In this document: positions 27,279 to 32,000 of the stretch, piece by piece
Numbering within the stretch: the stretch's first letter is position 1
Layout of the letters: every line of letters starts with the position of its first letter
Source of the DNA: Pseudomonas aeruginosa
Lineage (GTDB): Bacteria; Pseudomonadota; Gammaproteobacteria; Pseudomonadales; Pseudomonadaceae
NCBI RefSeq assembly: GCF_001457615.1
Contig: NZ_LN831024.1
Span: 3,330,001-3,362,000, forward strand
Reading direction: 5' to 3'
DNA: 32,000 bases
Notes under the pieces: generated by a model
The model's input: the letters and a program-made list of their open reading frames with translations, nothing else
The model's database searches: none
Told to the model about the DNA's origin: nothing
Translations under genes and position numbers: made by a program

Positions 27279-27803
27279 GGGCACGGATCTTCACTGACTT
27301 CCGGGTTGCCGTGCGCAGCGTTGCCCCTGGCAGCACTCGACGACGGCGGCAGTCTGCTCGGCGATCCGTCAATCTTTCGTGAAGAATACCTACAGAAAAC
27401 GTAACCCTCCGAAAGCGCCGAAACCCTTGTATTCCGGGGCTTTCAGCCGGATTGCAAAAAGTTCGCGGGAAGCTTTCCGGGAGCTCTCCGGGTTCGCCGG
27501 CATCCCCCCGCATGGCGCCGCCGATGCGGGCGGAAGACAGCAAGCGGCAAGGAACGCGGAGCGCTCCGGCGCCAGTGCCTACGGACTGTTCTGATTGCGA
27601 CGTCGTTTTTCAACAAAAGGACAGCCAGACCAATGTCTATCCCGCGACCCCGGCATTTTCGTTAGCATGCCAAGCTTACGGCCCGGTTCCCACAAGGACG
27701 GCGGCCGCCTCCCCTGCTCGTCCCATCCAGATGAGTGCCGTTTCCCCTACCCCCCGGGAAACCCTTCTGTGAATTTCCTCGAGCAGCGCGGTACCTCTCC
27801 AGC

Positions 27804-29117
27804 ATGAACGCTTTGAAAGGCCGGGACATCCTGGCGCTTGGTTTTATGACCTTTGCCCTGTTCGTCGGGGCCGGCAACATCATCTTCCCGCCCATCGTCG
27901 GCTTGCAGTCCGGCCCCCATGTGTGGCTGGCGGCGCTGGGCTTCCTGATCACCGCGGTGGGGCTGCCGGTGATCACCGTGATCGCCCTGGCCAAGGTCGG
28001 CGGTTCGGTCGACGCCCTCAGCCATCCGATCGGCAGGTATGCCGGCGGCCTGCTGGCGGCGGTCTGCTACCTGGCGGTCGGCCCGCTGTTCGCCATTCCG
28101 CGCACCGCCACGGTGTCCTTCGAGGTCGGCGTGGTGCCGCTGCTCGGCGAGAGCGGCACGGCGCTGTTCGTCTACAGCCTGGCGTACTTCCTTCTGGCCC
28201 TGGCCATCTCCCTCTACCCCGGTCGCCTGCTGGACACCGTCGGACGCTTCCTCGCCCCGCTGAAGATCCTCGCCCTGGCGATTCTCGGCGTCGCCGCCTT
28301 CCTCTGGCCCGCCGGCCCGATCGGCACGGCCCAGCCGGAGTACACCCAGGCCGCGTTCTCCCAGGGTTTCGTCAACGGCTACCTGACCATGGACACCCTC
28401 GCCGCGCTGGTCTTCGGCATCGTCATCGTCAACGCCATCCGTTCCCGCGGCGTGCAGTCGCCGCGGCTGATCACCCGCTATGCCATCGTCGCCGGGCTGA
28501 TCGCCGGCGTCGGCCTGGTGCTGGTCTACGTCAGCCTGTTCCGGCTCGGCGCCGGCAGCCATGCCATCGCCGCCGACGCCAGCAACGGCGCGGCGGTCCT
28601 GCATGCCTACGTGCAACATACCTTCGGCAGCCTCGGCAGCTCGTTCCTGGCGGGACTTATCGCGCTGGCCTGCCTGGTCACCGCGGTCGGCCTGACCTGC
28701 GCCTGCGCCGAGTACTTCTGCCAGCGCCTGCCGCTGTCCTACCGCAGCCTGGTGATCATCCTGGCAGGGTTCTCCTTCATCGTTTCCAACCTCGGCCTGA
28801 CCAAGCTGATCCAGGTCTCGATCCCGGTGCTCACCGCGATCTATCCGCCGTGCATCGTGCTGGTGGCGCTGAGCTTCTGCATCGGCCTCTGGCATTCGGC
28901 GACGCGCATCCTCGCCCCGGTGATGCTGGTTTCCCTGGCGTTCGGCGTGCTCGATGCCCTGAAGGCGGCGGGCCTGGGCCAGGACTTCCCGCAATGGCTG
29001 CTGCACCTGCCGCTGGCCGAACAGGGCCTGGCCTGGTTGATCCCCTCGGTCGCCACTCTCGCCGCCTGCAGCCTGGTCGACCGCCTGCTGGGCAAGCCTG
29101 CGCAAGTCGCCGCCTGA
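27804..29117 (+). CDS. braZ: Branched-chain amino acid:cation symporter BraZ (LIVCS/BrnQ family)
   Basis: 437 aa from [30 protein letters not shown], the conserved BrnQ/BraZ N-terminus. About 12 TM helices. The track ORF adds 23 upstream codons. Confidence 0.9.
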   Translation: MNALKGRDILALGFMTFALFVGAGNIIFPPIVGLQSGPHVWLAALGFLITAVGLPVITVIALAKVGGSVDALSHPIGRYAGGLLAAVCYLAVGPLFAIPRTATVSFEVGVVPLLGESGTALFVYSLAYFLLALAISLYPGRLLDTVGRFLAPLKILALAILGVAAFLWPAGPIGTAQPEYTQAAFSQGFVNGYLTMDTLAALVFGIVIVNAIRSRGVQSPRLITRYAIVAGLIAGVGLVLVYVSLFRLGAGSHAIAADASNGAAVLHAYVQHTFGSLGSSFLAGLIALACLVTAVGLTCACAEYFCQRLPLSYRSLVIILAGFSFIVSNLGLTKLIQVSIPVLTAIYPPCIVLVALSFCIGLWHSATRILAPVMLVSLAFGVLDALKAAGLGQDFPQWLLHLPLAEQGLAWLIPSVATLAACSLVDRLLGKPAQVAA

Positions 29118-29146
29118 GCAGGCCCCAGCGGCCTGCCGCTTGTTCT
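29118..29146 (+). terminator. Candidate terminator after braZ
   Basis: GCAGGCC-ccagc-GGCCTGC (7-bp stem) begins right at the stop codon and is followed by CGCTTGTTCTCC, a moderate T content. Confidence 0.4.
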
Positions 29147-29352
29147 CCCGGCCGAGCGCGGGACATGCCGGCGGGCGGCGCCAATCGCGTCGTACACCCC
29201 ACGGCCCGGCTGGCGCCTGCCGCCGCCGGCAGCGCTTCTTCCCGCGTTCAGCCGAACGAATAAGCACTATCGAGCAGGATGATTTCTAGCGCAGCGGCGC
29301 GGTTGTTAGCCTTTCGACCATTCCCCCAGGAAAGCGAATCCAGGAGCCGGTC

Positions 29353-29592
29353 ATGGCCAAGGCACTCATCAGCGTACTGTTGTTCTCCCTCGCCCTCGCC
29401 GGCTGCGCCAGCGACTACAACCCCTCTCGCCCGTACAGCAGCGACGAGGTCAGGCAACTGGCGCTGGAGGACCTGGCCCGGCGCAGCCTGTCGTTCGAGG
29501 AATACCAGGCCAAGCGTCAGGCAATTCTCGAGGAAAAACCGCAAACCGCCGTCAGCCAGTCCAACGCCGCCCTACGCAGTACCGCCATCTGA
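29353..29592 (+). CDS. Small lipoprotein with a SHOCT-like C-terminal segment (PA1970-like)
   Basis: 79 aa. Lipobox LALAGC/AS. SD AGGAG 7-8 nt upstream. The segment RRSLSFEEYQAKRQAILEEK resembles the SHOCT short C-terminal motif; that resemblance is from memory only. Confidence 0.6.
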   Translation: MAKALISVLLFSLALAGCASDYNPSRPYSSDEVRQLALEDLARRSLSFEEYQAKRQAILEEKPQTAVSQSNAALRSTAI

Positions 29593-29615
29593 GGCCTCGT
29601 CGAACGGCCAAGAGA

Positions 29616-29636
29616 AAGCCCCGCGATGCGGGGCTT
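29616..29636. terminator. Bidirectional intrinsic terminator between convergent small genes
   Basis: AAGCCCCGC-gat-GCGGGGCTT (9-bp perfect arms), flanked by AGAGAAA on one side and CTTCGTATTC on the other. It lies between stops at 29592 (+) and 29659 (-). Confidence 0.6.
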
Positions 29637-29658
29637 CTTCGTATTCGGGGCTGGGCGG

Positions 29659-30006
29659 TCAGCCGCAGGACAGGCGCTTGATCACCAGCGTGTCGTCGAC
29701 ATCGATGTTCAGCCGGCGCGGGTTGTAGTCCATGGTCACCGCATCGTGCGGGCGCAGCGCCCGGGCGACTTCCGCTCCGGCGGCGCGGCGGGCCTCCTCG
29801 ACGATGGCCGCGGAAGCCTGCTTGCCGACATAGGCCTGCACCGCATTGGCGTCGCAACGGCCGTCCGCTGCCGGGGTGGCCGCGGGCGCGCTGGCGCTGC
29901 CGGTGGCTACGCTGGCGCCTTCGGTGGACGGGCCGTCGCCGTTGCTGCTGCAACCGGCGAGCAGGGCCGCGAGAACGAGTGCACTGGAAAACTGCTTCAA
30001 AGGCAT
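29659..30006 (-). CDS. Lipoprotein with peptidase-inhibitor I78-like domain (PA1969-like)
   Basis: 115 aa from MPLKQFSSALVLAALLAGC/SS (lipobox), followed by a low-complexity A/S/G linker. The C-terminal CDANAVQAYVGKQASAAIVEEARRAAGAEVARALRPHDAVTMDYNPRRLNIDVDDTLVIKRLSCG matches my recollection of the I78 pattern (C...G......R...P...VTMDY...RLN..VD....I....CG). Confidence 0.6.
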   Translation of the reverse strand: MPLKQFSSALVLAALLAGCSSNGDGPSTEGASVATGSASAPAATPAADGRCDANAVQAYVGKQASAAIVEEARRAAGAEVARALRPHDAVTMDYNPRRLNIDVDDTLVIKRLSCG

Positions 30007-30097
30007 ACCGCCTCCTCTGATCTTCTGGGATCGCCACCTTACCAGTGGCATGGGTTTCCTGGCGAAACTGCAATCCGCGCTGACAAATTCGCCAGCT

Positions 30098-30331
30098 TCA
30101 GTCGCCGCTCAGGCGCTGCAGTTCGCGACGCACCATGGCCGCGTATTCCGGCGGACGCAGGAGGTAGAGCTGGCCCGCGACCCAGTCCAGCCAGCGGCCG
30201 CCCTGTTCGGCGCGGGCGTCGAGCAGGCGCCGCGCCTCTTCCTCCGCCCGTTGCCGGTGCTGCCGATGGAATGCCTGGCGCTTCGACAGACCGGAGGCAT
30301 CTCCGGTTCGATCGTCGGGAGTGTCGGTCAT
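30098..30331 (-). CDS. Hypothetical small protein, 77 aa (PA1968-like)
   Basis: MTDTPDDRTGDASGLSKRQAFHRQHRQRAEEEARRLLDARAEQGGRWLDWVAGQLYLLRPPEYAAMVRRELQRLSGD. AAGAGAG lies upstream of ATG 30331. High GC3. No recognisable family. The track ORF starts at GTG 30355. Confidence 0.5.
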   Translation of the reverse strand: MTDTPDDRTGDASGLSKRQAFHRQHRQRAEEEARRLLDARAEQGGRWLDWVAGQLYLLRPPEYAAMVRRELQRLSGD

Positions 30332-30515
30332 GGCTCTCTTCGCAACCTGCTGCACAAGTCGGACATTCTAACCGCGGAACGCCGTTGCCGTTCGCGGCAA
30401 GCGCTTGCCTCCGCCCCGCCCTGCGCCATGCGCCGAGCCCTCTGGCGCGGGGTTCGGCGACCTGGCACGGCCCTTGCGACGGAGCGGCGGTCATTCATTT
30501 CCATGGAAGCAGGTC

Positions 30516-31016
30516 ATGAACAGCATAGGTCCCGCCAGCCTTTCCGGCTGGTCTGCGCGTTACCTGAACAACCAGCGGCAAGCCAACACCGAGATCGGCA
30601 ACGGCGATCTGCTGAAACCGCGCCCCGCCCTTGGCACGCCATTGCGCAACGAGGCCGTCGATCCCGCCGCGGAGTCCGCCCGCCAGGCCATGGACGAGGG
30701 TTTTGCGAAGCTGAACCTGACACTGAAGCAGAACCAGGCGAATGCCCCTGCCGGCGCCAGCGAAGGCAAGTCGGCCTATGACGAGTTCAAGGAGTACATG
30801 CAGAAATCGCCTGCCGAGCGGATGCGCGAGCAGGTCCTGAAGAGCCTCGGCCTGACCGAGGAGGAACTGGACGCGATGCCGCCGGAGAAACGCGAACAGG
30901 TGGAGAAAGGCATCGGCGAACGCATGCGCGAGATGATCGCCATGCAGAACGGCCAGGCGCCGGGACGGCAAGAGGACCCGACGCAGGCCCGCGCGACGCT
31001 GAACGCCTGGATCTGA
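30516..31016 (+). CDS. Hypothetical protein, 166 aa, charged and helical (PA1967-like)
   Basis: MNSIGPASLSGWSARYLNNQRQ...KEYMQKSPAERMREQVLKSLGLTEEELDAMPPEKREQVEKGIGERMREMIAMQ. GGAAGCAGG lies upstream of ATG 30516. No signal peptide or TM segment is obvious. No family recognised. Confidence 0.55.
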   Translation: MNSIGPASLSGWSARYLNNQRQANTEIGNGDLLKPRPALGTPLRNEAVDPAAESARQAMDEGFAKLNLTLKQNQANAPAGASEGKSAYDEFKEYMQKSPAERMREQVLKSLGLTEEELDAMPPEKREQVEKGIGERMREMIAMQNGQAPGRQEDPTQARATLNAWI

Positions 31017-31036
31017 GCCAGGCGCGCGCCAGTCTC

Positions 31037-31408
31037 TCAGCGCTGCCGGGCGACGACGCGCTTGGCGTAGCTGGCGCGCTCCATCTCGCGCACTTCGACG
31101 CTGACCTGCACGCCCTCCTCGCCGCCGCCCGCCACCGCTCCGGCGAGCACCTCGCAGAGCGACTCGCCCAGCGCCTGGCGGGTCGCCGCGTCGCGCCCGT
31201 CGAGGATCGACAGGCAGGCATGCAGGTAGGCGCGCTCGGCCGCCGCGGTTCCCTGCCGGTAGGCCTCCAGGGTGACGAAGCGCGACTTGATGTCCGCCTC
31301 GCCGAATTGCCCGGAAGCGAACAGCGCGGCATTGGCCTGCTCCAGCAGTTCGCCGGGGGACGTTTCGAGGCGGAGGTTGGCAGTGGCTTCGATGACGAGA
31401 TGCGGCAT
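31037..31408 (-). CDS. 5-carboxymethyl-2-hydroxymuconate isomerase-like tautomerase-superfamily protein (PA1966-like)
   Basis: 123 aa beginning MPHLVIEATANL. Pro immediately after the initiator Met is the tautomerase catalytic-residue signature. Size and sequence resemble the CHMI/HpaF family. Confidence 0.75.
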   Translation of the reverse strand: MPHLVIEATANLRLETSPGELLEQANAALFASGQFGEADIKSRFVTLEAYRQGTAAAERAYLHACLSILDGRDAATRQALGESLCEVLAGAVAGGGEEGVQVSVEVREMERASYAKRVVARQR

Positions 31409-31490
31409 GCTGGCGGGCCTTGCGGGGAATGGGGAGCGGGATTCTAGCGGCTCGACGAGCGATGCGACAGCCGGCCTGCGCCTGCGTGGC

Positions 31491-31672
31491 TCAGATCAAC
31501 CCGGCGGCCGCGAAAACCCGCGCGTAGATGGCGCGGATCAGCGGCTCCTTGCACCGGTTGTAGTCCGCCACCCGTTGCTCGCCGCGCTTGGCGGCTGGCC
31601 GTCGACCCAGGGATTTTCCAGCGGGTCGCTGTCGTGATGACGGACAATATCGGCGGCACCGGGCATGGGCAT
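31491..31672 (-). pseudogene. Small ORF split across two frames (frameshifted, or mis-sequenced unannotated gene)
   Basis: GGAGGG SD, then ATGCCCATG... encoding M(PM)PGAADIVRHHDSDPLENPWVDGQPP in one frame. The coding-like tail KRGEQRVADYNRCKEPLIRAIYARVFAAAGLI* (30 of 32 codons G/C-ending) continues in the -1 frame from about 31590. Neither piece is in the ORF track. Confidence 0.25.
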
Positions 31673-31690
31673 TCCCTCCGGCGGGATCGT

Positions 31691-32000
31691 TCAGCGCGTC
31701 TCGCAGGCCTGCCGCTGGCCTTTGGCCGGCGTGTACAGGTAGCCGGGCGTGTCGCCCGCCTGGCGGTACAGGACCGAACCGTCGCTATAGGAAATCGCGC
31801 TCAGCGCCTGGCCATCGGCGAGGCTGCGGACATCGCCGCCCAGCGACTGGACGCTGCTGCCGTCGGGCAGCTTTAGACTGGCGAAACCGTCGATCACCTC
31901 GAGTTTGCCGAAGTCTCCGCAGTGCAACGCCAGCGGCCCGGAAGCGGCCTTTCCGTCCGACGATGAATCCCCGCAACCGCCCAGCAGCGACAGAACCAAC
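31691..32000 (-). CDS. Putative lipoprotein, 5' end beyond the window (PA1965-like)
   Basis: The ORF is open to the window edge. Lipobox-like LSLLGGC/GD. The mature part has two Cys residues (HCGD...QACE) and a segment SAISYSDGS...YTPAKGQ faintly reminiscent of MliC-type lysozyme inhibitors; that assignment is weak. Confidence 0.5.
   Translation of the reverse strand, partial: LVLSLLGGCGDSSSDGKAASGPLALHCGDFGKLEVIDGFASLKLPDGSSVQSLGGDVRSLADGQALSAISYSDGSVLYRQAGDTPGYLYTPAKGQRQACETR

Noticed and set aside
25737-29267. The 555-aa plus-strand ORF over eptA and the 506-aa minus-strand ORF over braZ.
   Set aside because: They are antisense to genes with clear family signatures (the sulfatase-fold CGTETA nucleophile motif, and the BrnQ N-terminus with 12 TM helices). 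Their composition is typical of GC-driven open frames.
31017-31036. GC palindrome GGCGCGCGCC between convergent stops. Considered as a terminator.
   Set aside because: It is a self-complementary 10-mer with no loop and no flanking T/A runs, so it is unlikely to form a functional intrinsic terminator.

Overview
The window reads as high-GC (by eye about two-thirds G+C) Pseudomonas aeruginosa core chromosome. It covers the PQQ-dependent ethanol-oxidation regulon. From memory, gene content and order match PAO1 loci PA1993 down to PA1965, in the reverse of PAO1 numbering; I could not run a search to confirm this.

Gene order, left to right:
- MFS transporter (5' truncated by the window edge)
- ercS and ercA (hybrid sensor kinase and Fe-type alcohol dehydrogenase)
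- pqqH-E-D-C-B-A operon on the minus strand
- exaC and exaB (aldehyde dehydrogenase, cytochrome c550), divergent from exaA (Ca-type PQQ quinoprotein ethanol dehydrogenase)
- a secreted pentapeptide-repeat protein
- eraR and eraS
- erbR (agmR)
- an EamA/DMT transporter
- nahK (ercS') and nosP (FIST)
- a porin-like outer-membrane protein
- pqqF (M16 protease)
- eptA (lipid A phosphoethanolamine transferase)
- braZ
- an islet of small lipoproteins and hypothetical proteins
- a CHMI-like tautomerase
- a lipoprotein cut by the window end

I found no rRNA, tRNA, CRISPR array, IS element, integrase or phage gene. Most of the window is well-characterised biology, so I do not claim a clearly new system.

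Items most worth a second look:
1. An unlisted 46-codon single-TM ORF with a strong SD, ending 8 nt before the SD-less eraS start.
2. Two apparent single-nucleotide frame breaks: the EamA transporter C-terminus, and a small ORF at 31.5-31.7 kb.
3. Candidate operators: a perfect 21-bp palindrome upstream of exaA, GCTACT...TTGGTACTG direct repeats in the 515-bp eraS-erbR spacer, and GGTTCGCC direct repeats upstream of pqqA.
4. The uncharacterised periplasmic pentapeptide-repeat protein directly downstream of exaA.
5. The islet of small secreted proteins at 29.3-31.0 kb.

The many long ORFs antisense to or out of frame with these genes are treated as high-GC artefacts.
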